A DNA stretch of 63,091 nt, filler included, from Choristocarpus tenellus KU-1152 (GCA_964200185.2; 14 parts of 14 records of this genome joined end to end with filler, not necessarily neighbours in it), one strand, 5' to 3'; shown: positions 37,104 to 50,011, counted from the whole stretch's first letter. Translations and numbers: made by a program. The notes: a model not told the origin generated them from the letters alone.

Positions 37104-37988
37104 GCTGGTCCTCTGGGATCGTTCTAGTAGTCATGTGGTCAGCTCTTGGATATTCCCTGATGCTACCTGGGCAAAACTTTCCTCCTTCGAGAACTTTCCA
37201 TCATTTGCTAGTGAGAGATCAGAGATCATGTGGAAGACTTTGGACGTTCTGATGACCCCTATTGTTAGTGTCCCCCCCTCCAGACTTGGAGCAGTTACCT
37301 CATGTATCAGGAAATCCACAGTGTGCGCAAGGGTGATTGCATGGGCAGTGCAGAACCTGCCCGGGACCTTCCTAACCGTGGAGATGTTTACCCGCTCCAG
37401 GGTCTCCATCTGGACTTGGTCAAGGGCAGAAACTACACTTGGAGTGTGAACCTCCCAACGTAGACGTGTATGTGTGGTGGTAGGTGGCCTAGAGTTTCTG
37501 TGGAGGNNNNNNNNNNNNNNNNNNNNNNNNNNNNNNNNNNNNNNNNNNNNTTAATTAATTAANNNNNNNNNNNNNNNNNNNNNNNNNNNNNNNNNNNNNN
37601 NNNNNNAGTGTAAGTTTGCTTCCTCTGGTCAGGTCCCAAATGGACGCCCTGGTGTAGACCCCCTCCCCCCCCCCTCCTCCCAAAAGATACTTTGACCCTG
37701 ATCCTCAATGGACGTAGCCCTACCCTCTAAAATGCTTTGGCTCATTGCCTGCTGTCTGTCATGGTCCTGTGGATGTGGTTCACTCCATTTATGTTTTCTT
37801 ACTTTTTGTCCTGTTGTGTGCTGTCTCTTTGTTTCTTTTCTGAACGAATGGAAGGACAGCATTGTTGAACCTTGGTATTGGTACCGGTACATACTGGAAC
37901 CGATTGCTTGGTGCACCAAGCAGCTGGACTTTCTCATCTTGTTCTATAGTTCGATTTTTTTTTGTTTCCTTCTTGTTGTTCATATATA

Positions 37989-38346
37989 TTCCCTTTGTCC
38001 CATAAGTCTGTTCCTTTACGCGTGTACCTCTTCGGGATGACCTCCAATTTCAAAACGGCTTTTTGCGTTGGATTCCTCGAAAATGTTTACGTAAGATGAG
38101 CTGAAATTGGAAAAATATATCCCTAAATTGTTCCGAAAATATGTAACAGAAAAAAGACGAGCGTACTCGGCTCAATTTGAGTGGACGCCCACATCCTCGA
38201 CCAGATCGCTCGCGATCGAAGAACAATCAAGATATAGTCTAATGAAAAAAACGTCAAGGAATCCAATGCAAAAATCCGTTTTTAAAATCGGAGGTCATCC
38301 CCAAGAGTTACATGCATAAAGGAACAGACATATGGGACAGAGGGAG
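37989..38346. mobile_element. Stowaway-like (Tc1/mariner-derived) MITE with ~100-bp imperfect TIRs and TA TSD
   Basis: TA|TTCCCTTTGTCCCATAAGTCTGTTCCTTTA...TAAAGGAACAGACATATGGGACAGAGGGAG|TA. Confidence 0.9.
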
Positions 38347-38400
38347 TACATACGTATTTGTTTTGTCTGCAAATATATTGTGGAAAGCATGTTTGCCCAT

Positions 38401-38784
38401 TGTGATACCGTTATTGCTCTATGTCATATACCGTTATACCATTGTATCGATTGAGGTTCCCAGTCAAGCATCCATGATTCTACTTCAGGACCCTCCGTCA
38501 GTATGGAACCATGGAATATTTTCACGTGACCAATCCCATAGACTGGGGACAGTTCGTCATTCAGAGTTGTCACACATGGAAGATCCACTTTGTTCTCACG
38601 TCTCGACTGATGATGAAACCCCATCTTCGATGATGCTCATCACTCCTCAATTTGCGCTTGTCCAACCTTACTTCGTACCCTCGGTTACGGTTCGTCCTTG
38701 TTCGTGTGGTCCGTCTTGCCCGGTGATTCTCTTCGCCACCCTTGCCTGAGTGAACCACGCCGCCACAGAATCACACGATTCAGA
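38401..38784 (+). mobile_element. 5' LTR of a Ty3/Gypsy element
   Basis: Begins TGTGA and ends TCA(G)A (TCACA in the related copy at 50012); immediately followed by a PBS; homologous to 50012-50141 plus 51248-51387 (-). Confidence 0.8.
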
Positions 38785-38785
38785 T

Positions 38786-38800
38786 TGGCGACACCGGCGA
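38786..38800 (+). promoter_or_regulatory. Primer-binding site TGGCGACACCGGCGA
   Basis: TGG start 1 nt after the LTR end, complementary to a tRNA CCA end; tRNA identity not determined. Confidence 0.7.
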
Positions 38801-39428
38801 GCTCAGAAATAGGGTGGCGGGGAATTTTTGTTTGACCACGGATGAAAGATGCGGAACTCAAGATCGAGGTGAAAACGTCGTGCACAGGAGCGTTAACTCC
38901 AAATCTGGAACCATCCAGAACACCAGAAGAGGAGGTCCAAGATCGTCAGGCTCATGTCAGACCCGTGCCGTCAACCCTTGAGCATCGTGTTAGCTCGGGC
39001 GACTGTGACACTCGTCGGATCCTGTTTCAGGAAGAACCAGTCCCACCTCCAAGTTCTACTACTTGTGAGGTGGCCATTTCGCAGGCCAAGTTCGGTGATG
39101 CTGTACCAGCGTTCATCGCACACCACATCAATTGCGCAAGAACAAACACCGTGCCTCCTGAATGGCTCCAGAAACTTTTGAAACTCCAAGTTCGGGGAAC
39201 AGGCACCGATCACGTAAGATCTGTTGAACAGAGTAGCGATGTCTCACACCCACAACCACTGTCAGAAGGGAGTCGTTTCAGGTTTTCCGCTTCGGAAATA
39301 CCATCGGGTCTGGCAATTACAGGTTCTGGAGAAGAAGCTTTTCCACTCCTGTTCTCTAAATGGCATGTGGCAATTTCCTTGCATTCTAGTCAGTATGGTC
39401 CAGCATCCCCTGAAACAGTTGATGCTCG

Positions 39429-40548
39429 GTGGGTAGAATTATTACCAAAGAACTCTTCGTCCATGTTGATGCCAGTGAGAGTGGTGCTGGAGGTTTTTTA
39501 GCACAACCTCGATCCGATAATCCTGCAGACCAAGGTATCATTGCATACTTCAGCATGAAATTTAATGAAGCTCAACGTTACTATTCAGCTACATTAAGAG
39601 AATGTTATGCAGTTGTTACAGCTATTACTCATTGGCGACCATATCTTTGGGGTAGACTGTTTACCTGCATCACAGATCATGCTGCATTGTGTTACTTGTA
39701 TAGAATGCAGGATACCAGTAATTGCTTACTCGTTGGGCTATTGCGCTTCAAGCTTATGATTTCACAGCCAGACATAAGCCCGGTAAGCTCAATGTTATAC
39801 CTGATACTCTATCTTATATTTTCAAGTTTGAGGAACAGGAGAAATTCGTTGCTCCAATGCTGGCACCAATCTGTCGTAATGTGCCTGAAGGTAGTTGTGC
39901 ATTTACCACACGTGATCAAAAGGAATATGAGTTCTCTGCTTCTAACCTTGACCAAGCATCGCCCGTCCAAAGTGATCGTGAACTATTGACTAGTTCCACT
40001 ACCATGTTTCCTTCAGTGGACCGGGATCAATTGTGCAAGGAGCAGGAATCCGAGTTCGGACCATATTTCAGATATTTACAGTCCCCCAACGTCGCCCCAC
40101 CGCCTGATAAGGAATCAACGACGTCTATGTCGTATTTTTTCCTTCGTAATGGCTTACTGTATCGTTCGTATTCACCAGGTCATCTTTGTAAGAGGAGCAC
40201 GTTCAGAGACCCGTTGGTCGTTCCTCACTCATTAGTTCATCGTCTTGTACTCCATGCTTGTCATGACCATGCTTTGTCTGGAGGTCACTTAGTTTCACAC
40301 CCACGTTCGATAAGGTTAGAGACTCATATTGGTGGCCAACATTCAGTATCGACGTTCGTACATGGTGTTGTGATTATCAAGCATGCCAAACGTGTAAGAC
40401 TGCTCATAAGAAGCCTACGCTTCCCACTGGCCATATGCCCGTTGACAAACCATTTCAACGTGTTGCTATTGATTTGGTAGAGTACAAAACACGTTCCCCA
40501 GCAGCAAATGGTGTGATGTGCTCGTATGTGTTGTCTGCCATTGATCAC
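39429..40548 (+). pseudogene. Ty3/Gypsy pol remnant: RNase H and integrase N-terminus, frameshifted and truncated by the contig end
   Basis: VHVDASESGAGGFLAQ, IAYFS, YSATLRECYAVV, TDHAAL, RWAIALQAYDF..HKPGKLN, HDHALSGGH, PFQRVAIDLV. Confidence 0.93.
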
Positions 40549-40967
40549 NNNNNNNNNNNNNNNNNNNNNNNNNNNNNNNNNNNNNNNNNNNNTTAATTAA
40601 TTAANNNNNNNNNNNNNNNNNNNNNNNNNNNNNNNNNNNNNNNNNNNNAAATGTAATTTAATTTTTCCCCTTTTTAACCACAAGGAAAACCCCGGTGTTG
40701 CCCCCCCCCCCCCCCCCCCCAGATATTTTGAATCTTAGGGAGACTTTGACACTTTCTTCTGAATATTACGAATGCATTCCGAATCTTACTCTGTATCTTC
40801 TATGAAATCATCATTTACTCTGTAAGGCTACCTATGTGTTACTAATATCATATATTGTTCGCATTTGTTAGAACTCGAGAAACAATGCGCACACCATACG
40901 TCTGTCACAAATGTTCGTGTTTGCTAAAACATGAGAAGAAATGCTCGCGCTATTCGCCTGTAACAAT

Positions 40968-41520
40968 TCAGACGCTCACGTTCGCTCAGGGTGGTCCACT
41001 CCCATTCGACCAGCCCAACATGGTTCCCTAGGAGTATATTGGACAGGTTAAGGGGGTGAGACAGATTTTGCAAGAGAGATGTTTGTTTATCCCAGGGATG
41101 ACCAAAGGACGGGGGCAAGGACAGGAATAAGAGCATGAGCATGGTGTACGTTCTTGGGGAGCCAGATTTCAAGGTGGTAGAACCGAGTCTTGAGATTCTG
41201 GTTGAGCGTCTTGGACGACACTGCTTCATGCTTCCAGAGTACTGCTGTGAATTGAACCCGATAGAGATGGTATGGGGACGGGAGAAGCACTATGTACGAG
41301 GCCACTGTGACTACACGTTGCCTGGAATGAGAGCCAACATTCCTGTCAGTCTTAAGGATGAAGGGGAGCTGTCCAGAATAATTGTGGAGAGGTTCTTCAG
41401 GATGAGTATTGCTTACCACTTGATATATTCCATCGAGAAAGGCATGGAGTGCACCAAATTGGACAGGGTGTACAAGACATGTAAGTCTCACAGGAGGCCT
41501 GCACCTTCAGAAAATACCTC
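40968..41520 (+). pseudogene. IS630/Tc1-mariner-like DDE transposase C-terminal remnant
   Basis: GQVKGVRQILQER...EPDF...HCFMLPEYCCELNPIEMVWG..K...R..CDYT...KSHRR; the 'ELNPIE..W' motif carries the catalytic E; internal stop and frameshift. Confidence 0.85.
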
Positions 41521-41761
41521 ATTTGACTTGGCATGGATTGTTTGGTTCAGAGGCCTGGGCCCCCATGAGTGAGCCTTAGTCAGGAGGTGACAACATTGCA
41601 TAAACGGGAAATAATGGAAAGAGAATCGAGAGACAACAATGTGCATGTTCTCCGGGTGAAGATGGCCTCTTCCGACGTCAAAATCGTCCTAAAATACGGG
41701 GTTCGTGCGCGCGGACTACTTGATTTAACTATGGTCCTGTATTTCTCACGATTTCCTGTGA

Positions 41762-42960
41762 CACCTAGATGTGAAGCAGGCATTTGTTCAATCTGACTTG
41801 GATGAGGAAGTGTACATTCGCCTGCGACAGGGATGTGTAGATCTCTCCTATACGACTGTACACCTTCACAGGTCCCTATATGGTTTAAAGCAAGCCTCTA
41901 GGACTTGGAATACCAAGCTGGTTTACACCCTTAAGCACAATGGTTTTGAGCAATGTCTGATTGACCTATGGATATTTAGACTCGGGAAGGATGGTGTTGT
42001 CAAGATAATGCTTGCTGTTCATGTAGATGATATGGTAGTTTTGGCGTCTTGTGATGATTGCAATGATCTTTGTGCTTCCCTGAATGAAGAGTTCCCCACC
42101 AAAAACCTTGGTTTATTGTCTCAGTTTTCTGGTTGCACTTACACAAGAGATTGGAAGCGTGGTACCCTCTCCAATACACAGATTAACTACACTGACAACT
42201 TGTGTGAACGTTTTCCCATCCAATCAACCACCCCCATCCCTGCAGCCTCGTCCAGAAAGCTTGGAATTAGGGAGGGGGACAATATCTCAAAGGATTGTCC
42301 CTTCCGAGAGGCGATTGGGGGGTTGATGCGGGTCAACAACATGACCAGGGCAGATGTGGCTAATGCAGTAAGAGCTGTTGCCCATCATTCGCATGCTCCG
42401 AGTCAAGTACATTGGAGAGCTGTGACCCAGATCCTCGAGTACCTCGAAATGACGCGAGAGTTGGGTCTAACCAACCAGAAAGGCACAGGATTGGATTTTG
42501 ATGACCTACGTTGATGCAGACTTTGCCAATGAGTCCTTCGACAGACTTTCTGTATCGGGGTGGGCAGTGCTGTGTGGGGGAGCAGCAGTTGCTTGGCTTT
42601 CTAGGACCCAACGTGTCATAGCACAGTCGACTGCAGAGGCAGAATACATAGCCATGGGAAACCGTGTGAAGGAGCTGTTGTTTCTGCGAGGTGTGTTGGA
42701 GTTCTTGCAACCTGATAGGACTGGGTCGTGTTATGTGGTGTATGAGGATAATACAGGAACCATCCATTTGGCTAACAACTCTTTGAGTTCTGGGAGGACT
42801 AAGCACATAGATGTGTGACATCATTTCCTAAGGGACTTGGTGGTCAATGGACAAATAAGGATTGTTCATGTTATTTCAGATGAGCAGCATGTAGATGTGT
42901 TGACCAAGCCCTTAGCAGAAGAATTTGGGGGGGGGGCATGCAGGGGCTTAGCTATATTTT
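41762..42960 (+). pseudogene. Ty1/Copia RT-RNase H remnant
   Basis: HLDVKQAF, SLYGLKQASRTWN, HVDDM, YVDADFA, STAEAEY, RTKHIDV*HHF, DVLTKPL; frameshift at ~42500 and stop at 42818. Confidence 0.95.
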
Positions 42961-43216
42961 GAGTATGTTTAGTGTTTTGTTTCTTGCTGAATTTGAATTT
43001 CTGTGTGTTTCGATTTTTTTCAGTGAGTTCAATAGTTGGTTGTTTCGTTATCATACAGGATTGACCAAAAAAGTCTTCTATAATCCGCAATTGTACCTTA
43101 CCAGTTCTCAAGAGTTGTTTGAGCTAGGGAGGGTGTTCGATTAGACTCTTCCAACTCTATCGAACAGTTGTGGTAAACTGAATATGGAGTAAGAGAACAA
43201 TCATTAGTGATCAGAA

Positions 43217-43471
43217 GAACCAAAGCATCTTAGAGGGTACGGCTGCGTCCATTTGGGGGTCAAAATCCAATGTTGCGATTTTGATGTAATTTTGGCTATG
43301 ATATTTAGGAAGTGTCAATATCCTCGTTCCGGACACACCTTTTCATAACGTACACATTTTCCTATTACAAAACTTTTTGGAGTAGGAAAATGTCATAAAA
43401 AAACACATGGCAAGCCAAGCCCCAAATGGACAAACAGGGCAAAACTCGTACCCTCTAAGATACTTTCACTC
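43217..43471 (+). mobile_element. MITE family A, full length
   Basis: AGAA|GAACCAAAGCATCTTAGAGGGTA...TACTTTCACTC|AGAA; 255 bp. Confidence 0.92.
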
Positions 43472-44765
43472 AGAACATTTTATTAGTAATTAGCTATATG
43501 AGAGCATTTCTCATATAAAATGAAATATTTATGATTACATGATGGGGTGCTGCATGCCCCACTTAGCTTTAATCAATCACTCTACAGACATCAAGTAATC
43601 TCCTTGGGTATATCACCTTTGTTTTTTTGATGATTTGGACGATAATTTAACACAGGAAAATTATTAAGGGACGGCGGGAGGGCATTTCGTGCGCAGTGGA
43701 TGCCTGGTGCGATGAAGCTACTGGGGAGGAGGTTACTCTTTGGATGGATATTCATTGACACATGCATGGTACCTTTCATGTTTGGGTCAACAGAACGCCT
43801 TCAATATTTAACATGTACACAACAATAGTCCAACTTCAAAAAAAAAAAACGGGTTTCAGTACTGTAGCTTCAACTTTGGCTTTGAGTCCATATCCCGAAC
43901 ACCGAGCCTGAAACACATCTCACTTAAACCATTCTGTTGCCATGCAATTTCAAATAAACATGATCAGCCAAGCAGGTGGTTGGAAACCCAGGGAGAGAGA
44001 CCCGCTTCTTCGATTGGTTAAGGATATAAAGTCTGACAAGAGAACTTTTATGTGACAAATAGTGGCGTGGAGGTTGGTGAACCTGATGAGAATATGTTCG
44101 ACATGAAGGACAGAGAGCAGCCACCACGAGAAAGGGGGGCACAGTCACCCAGGGTGGCTCAAGAGATGACCTCCCCTTCTGTTGTTGCTTGAAGTAGAGG
44201 ATGCCAGTGTCCTGTATCCCCTTCTTTGGTTGTTACTTACGTTCAGTTTCTGCTCGTGCTCTGGAAGAATTTGAGGTGCTTATGCTCATGTCTGTACGAT
44301 TGTACGTCATGCTTTACGTTGGGGTGCGTACTTACACCGTCCGTTTTACATGGCTTCTTTTTTCTGCTATTTTTAATGTTGTGTCCTTTGGCGGTCCTCC
44401 AATTGTATATACGGGCACTAATTGGATGTGGGACGCTGCTTAGAGGCCACGGTCGATCGATTAGGGTAGATAGACACCTACCAGGTTATGGATCACAAAT
44501 GACGTCTTGTGAAGGCTCGCTAGTTCGTTGGCGACTTTATACAGCATCTGTGGTCGAGTATTTAGTGGAATTGTGGCGAAGGGTGGGACAGGCAACGTCG
44601 ATGCTTTCCTCCTCTTTTTGAAATTTCGTGTAGCCTTGGGTGCCCACCATGGGTCTGAAAAGTACTGGTTGATGAGGCTTGTCGCTTGCTATTGGTAAAT
44701 TTGTCGGATTACTTGTTTTAGTTTGAACTTTGCTGGTATGTATTCAACCGACGCCATCGCACTCA

Positions 44766-45017
44766 GACCCAAAGTATCTGGGGGGGGGGGGGGGGGGTAA
44801 CACCAGGGGGCCCATNNNNNNNNNNAGCCCCCGAAGCCCCCAAGCCGTCGGGGGGGGGGGGGAGTTTACACCAGGGTGTCCATTTGGGACAAAACCAGGA
44901 AAAGAGCATTTTTTCATTATCCATTCAACGTATGGAACCAAATCACCCAAAAATCGCGACATGGAAAAATTGGCCCCAAATGGACAGCCGCCACCCCCCC
45001 CTCAGATACTTTGGGTC
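44766..45017 (+). mobile_element. MITE family B, both ends present, TCA TSD (small N gap inside the poly-G)
   Basis: TCA|GACCCAAAGTATCTGGGG...CAGATACTTTGGGTC|TCA. Confidence 0.9.
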
Positions 45018-45829
45018 TCACAAAGTAAAATCACTTCATTTTTTGGCGTTGTGTTAGCCTTACTTGCCGATACACAATTTGCAGAGTACTTGGAAATAAA
45101 GTTTGTGCAGCCTAACATACTTGTACTGAAACATTAGATAGGGAAAGTCTACTTGTATAAGCAACCATAGATAGGGAAAGATAGATAGGGAAAGTCATGT
45201 CCTGTGATTGAAGGACTTGAAGCCTCTTTGGTTGCGGGACCATTCTGGTTATTTGATCGTCACAGGAAAGTAGAATCGCTCTGGACAATAGAAACGTATC
45301 TCAACATTTCTCCACCTCTTTCCCTACCCAAAGATAGGCCCACCCATAGGCCCCACAATAAATACCTTGCTATCAATGCAAAATTCATTTTTTTTAGGGT
45401 TTCTAAACAAAGAAACCCGGTGATAGCATTTGATGTCCTAGACCAGTGTAACTTCCACATACCAAGTAGTTGGGGGACATCAGGGTGGGGCAGCTTGTTC
45501 GCTATTGGACAAGTGGTCACTGGTAAGCATCTTACCTTCACTTTTGAGGTATCAAAGAAGGCACTTCTTGAGAAAGGCTTGCCATTTTCAACAGTTGGAG
45601 GATCTTCCGAGGTACACAATCAATTGTATATGCATCTACATTCTACATCATTCACACTGCACATTTATGAACCAGTGTGTTCTGGTTTTATATGAGGGTA
45701 TCGTTTTTACCGATTTTTTCACCTTCACTTATTTTGTTTTGCTCACGAATTCTGGATTATTATTATTATTTTATTCTACGTTTATATTCCTCCCTATTCC
45801 CTTTTCTCCCCACATTCTAACAACCCTTG

Positions 45830-45962
45830 TGACCAACCAGTGCGACCTCTTCGCCACTGATTCCCAGCCATCGTCCACCTCGGATGACCAACCAAGGCAA
45901 ACCCCTTTCGCCACTGATTTCCAGTTACTCCCTACATCTGATGACCAACCAGGGTGAACCCC
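45830..45962. repeat. ~56-bp imperfect tandem repeat (x2.4) beginning TGACCAACCA
   Basis: TGACCAACCA...TTCGCCACTGATT.CCAG units visible. Confidence 0.8.
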
Positions 45963-47104
45963 GTTATTTTACTATGTTGTACTACTGCCACTGCCTTCCT
46001 GCGCCTCCAATCTACCTATTCCTGCGCCTCAGGGTGAGGAGCTAGGGACACATCCCAAGAATCCAACAAAACTCTCCATGCCCATCTCCCTGGTGATTCC
46101 AGCTTTAAAAGCATGACACTGTTAAAACATAGGCTACTCATCTGTTCCTTGATACGATACAGTTCCACCAGTCAACATTGACTGTTGTTGATTGGTCTTT
46201 TACGTTCTGGACGTTACTTTCACTAGTTCGTCATCACCATATTAACTACAATCACAGCACCTTAGTACAGAACAGTCACTCTGCCTTCCACACAAATAGT
46301 ATAGTACAGTACCTACCCCGATTTTGTGCACCCATGGGCATGNNNNNNNNNNNNNNNNNNNNNNNNNNNNNNNNNNNNNNNNNNNNTTAATTAATTAANN
46401 NNNNNNNNNNNNNNNNNNNNNNNNNNNNNNNNNNNNNNNNNNTTGTTCCGCCGTCTGGCTGCGTGGTGCCGGGGGCTCGCCGTTGGGGGGGGGGGGGGGG
46501 GGGGGGGGGGGGTCTACGCCAGGGTGCCCATTCGATCCCTGACCAGGAGAAGTGCTCTAACATTATCCATCTGATGCATGCACCCAATTTACCCAAATAT
46601 CGCAACATGAAAAAATGGACCTCAAATCGACAGCCGACAACCCCCCCAGGTACTTTGAGCCCTTCCCCTCATTAGAGGGAGGCCCTGAGGTTGTAGTCTG
46701 GGGCAGAGGGCGTTGGTGTCACCTAGTGGGCACAGTAAGGCGGCCTGCACTCTTGCCTAACCTCAAGGTCGTAAAGAGATATCCTGAAGCTGTGACCACA
46801 AGTTCAGGTCAATGATACAACCCAGTGCAGACATTAAGGCGACCTGCACTCTCTTACAAAGGCTCAATATTGTAGGAAGAGAGCCTAAGGTCGAGATTTG
46901 GATTGCAGGCCATGGATGTGAACATGGATGAATGCCCTCACTCATGATCACAAGGTCCGTTCCTTGCTGAGGGTGCGCCACAGATGGGACGATGCAGAAC
47001 CTTCACCCCCCAACTCGAGAGTAGTGGAGATGGAGACCCCAACGAGTTAACAACAGTCCAATGTGGTAAGCTGAGTATTCTCTCTGGTCTTAAGAGATAA
47101 GGTA

Positions 47105-47320
47105 GGACCTCCATGTCATAAAACATTCCACAAGCTTACCATGATGGGATATGTAGCTCCAATCCACAAGCCTGTAGGGTGCAGATGAGGCTTGTAGAGG
47201 GCGCCATAAAGAAACATCATCAAATATAGTGGATATCTCTCAGTTCGATTATTCAGTTTATTGGTTTCATTGGGGTATACACACGACTGAATCAGCATTT
47301 CCGACCTCTATGTGGCATCA
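47105..47320 (-). pseudogene. Decayed ORF of unknown family, homologous to ~58510-58720 (-)
   Basis: NNRTER...ALY...LWIGATYPIMVSLWNVL versus NNRSER...ALY...LWIGAAYPIMVSLQSVL; several differences fall at third codon positions. Confidence 0.55.
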
Positions 47321-50011
47321 TAATGACTACTTCAGAGAAAAGAATAAATAGTCGAGAAGGACAAATATGTACTCCTTCAAGGTCGTGACGGTGGTCGCAA
47401 TGACGCCATGAAGACACATCACCTGTGACAGATCTACTTGTCTGGAGTCCACAACTAAAATCTTTGATGGGATTGCAGAGAAGAAATGAATGAAGGCATT
47501 TGGAGGCAGGTGGAGTTGGAAGTTCTGGATTAGTGTCAAGGAGGAGATCAGTGAATAGGAGTTAAAGAGTAATCATCCTGTGTTAGACAAAGCCCAGATC
47601 CACGTACGGTCCATCTAGAGCCCAGGTAACCCTCCCATACGAGACTTAAGAGGTTTTTAAGAGCTTCCCTTGCAACGTGTGTGGGGAGTTCAGTTTGTGG
47701 TGGTGAGATATTGGATGGAACACACAGAGGAAACAGCATGTGTGTATCTTGATGCCTCTGAGGTTACAGGAGGGCTCCCAAATAATTGATATGAAAAGTG
47801 GAAAATTACAACAACTCACCCAAGAGGTGATGGGAAAGTAGCTCAAAATATCAGTGCCTTGCTAAACTTGCCTTAAACATTTTGGCTATTACCTGTACAC
47901 AAGCAGACCAGGGCACATGTTTTCAACAGCTGGGAGTGTTGTAACTCATGGCAGAACAGGCTGGACCCAAATAATGTGCAATACCTCATGTTCCTTTGCA
48001 ACACTTGTATGAAGTTGGATGCATGACAAGGTGCCAACAGAGGCAACCGAAAGGATATCACCGGACACCTGTAGCAAAAATGTGTGACCAAACATACATA
48101 CCCACATACACAATCAAACAAAAGATGTACTTTCATAGTCGATCCATCAGAAAACTCATGTTAGTGGAGTAGAAACGTAACTGTAACTCTGGAAAACTAT
48201 ACACAAGTTTGTCCTGCCTGTCAAAAGCATGCACAACCTTCATAATCGCAACGTTTGACAGTTTCGAAATATTTACAAATACACATTGAAAGCAATGTAT
48301 ATATATTTGTGAGCAGTCCAAAAACTCCACCGGTTTTCCAGGATCCTGTGGGCAATATATCGAACCAGGTGACAACAAGAGATAGCGACTTCTCCAAAAA
48401 GTCCTCCTGACATTGTCCCTGAACAAATCGCAATGGGTATCTTGAAGATACCAATGCTGCGGTGGTACTTAGCTTCATCCACTCAGATCCCCAGGGTCAC
48501 ATAGGAGAAAGGCATGTCCACGTCATTCTATTTTACTGCGCTTTCCACCTATCAACACTATATATTTATACCTTACACTAGAGTGTGATGGCCAGGGCTG
48601 ACTATCGCTAATGAGCCGACCGTTTTTCTGAGTTGTTTCAACAACCAGGAGATGTTTCCTCCCAAAACCTCTTAGGACATAAAGTATTAGTCAGACATTT
48701 TATTTTGGTGACGTATAGAATCAAAACTGAGCGAGGAGGCAATGTCAGGGAAAAGTCCTTTTTGGAATCTCCAACACATTTGAGACAAGACAACTTTAGA
48801 TATGATGTTCATTATGCGAGCTGTGTTTTGTGGTTGAAATTAGTGAACAACGTGATTTGGCGTGGCTTACACACATTACTGGCGTGCGGTGACTCTGACA
48901 TGAACCGCGGATTCAACCAGCAAACCTCGGAATTATAATGTTGTGTTTTTGTGTTCTTCCTAATCGTAGCCAATCGCAATGAGGATTGAGGAACATGGTA
49001 TTCTGATGCTCTCAACCCTCGCCCCCAATATACCTCAGACCCATATCTCCCTCCTGTCCTGAACCTCTTCTCTGGTGGTTTTCATCACCCTAAGTCACGC
49101 AGACATTTGCCGCATGATATTAACACCATCCAGACTAAGCGCTCAAAACTGTACTCAACATTAAAATATATCAAGCAGAAAGATCTGTGCACACTCGACG
49201 TATGGATATCTTTCCAAAAGGTGAATCAGATCAGGGAGTGGTCAGCATCCAGTTCATCGTGAAGACTACACCCTGTTGGATGTTTCAACGATGGTGTCTT
49301 TCAAGGACAACTTGAGCACGAAGCAAAATGGAGAGGCCTTTGTATACAGGATTTGACACCTGCTCTTCTTTGCTTGCCGATGTTGTCTTGCACTAGATGT
49401 GTAGATGATCGATGTTTTGCAACTTTTCGGATCGTTTTGCCACACCATGAAAGCCTGTTGAAGCCAACCGGTGCTCGTTTTGTGACTGAAATGGTGGAGA
49501 ACCGTCTTTCTGGCATGGAGGGGTCACCTCCCACTTCAGGTGTATGGTGGTGTTTCATGTTAACGTGCACCACTCTCAGTCTGTTGGTGGGAGTATTGAG
49601 TGTGCAGAGGAAAAGTGTTGTGGGAAAGCACTATGTGATCTGTGCACTGTGGTAGGAGAGAGGCTACTTCGCACTGTAAAAGAAGTGTGTATGGTACACG
49701 CCGTAAGAAGAGGGCATATATTCAGGTGTAACAACACTGATTGTTGTTCGATCAGTATTAAGTTTTTTGTTGTCGATAATGTGTACTCTAAAAAGGGATG
49801 ACGTAATACTTGTTAAAGTTGTCTTTATAATAGTATTTTGTTATGTACGGTGAAAAACAGAAACGATTGAAAATAGTGAAGATGATCACCCCTATTTCTC
49901 GTTTGAACTTTAAGAAGTTCATGAATGAGCATGGTGAGGTTGTGCAAGTCCAGTCCAGGAAGGTTCAGTACAACTTCCTAAATACATATTATACCCTTAC
50001 TTCCAACGAAG

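Larger units (their letters stand above)
34100..37450 (-). mobile_element. Decayed CRE-clade (R2 group) non-LTR retrotransposon, RT region, interrupted by three insertions
   Basis: Ordered motifs SAPGPDG, HPVACGSFFRR, QFGVGVPKGVE, VSLDGRNTFNSV, GAQQGDPLAS, SYLDD, TLGAPVG and MPTSAGGLRL are typical of CRE/SLACS-type RTs; frameshifts and stops present. Confidence 0.88.

Noticed and set aside
49353-49801. Cys-rich ORFs as a zinc-finger gene
   Set aside because: Cys spacing matches no motif I can name; no splice or homology support.
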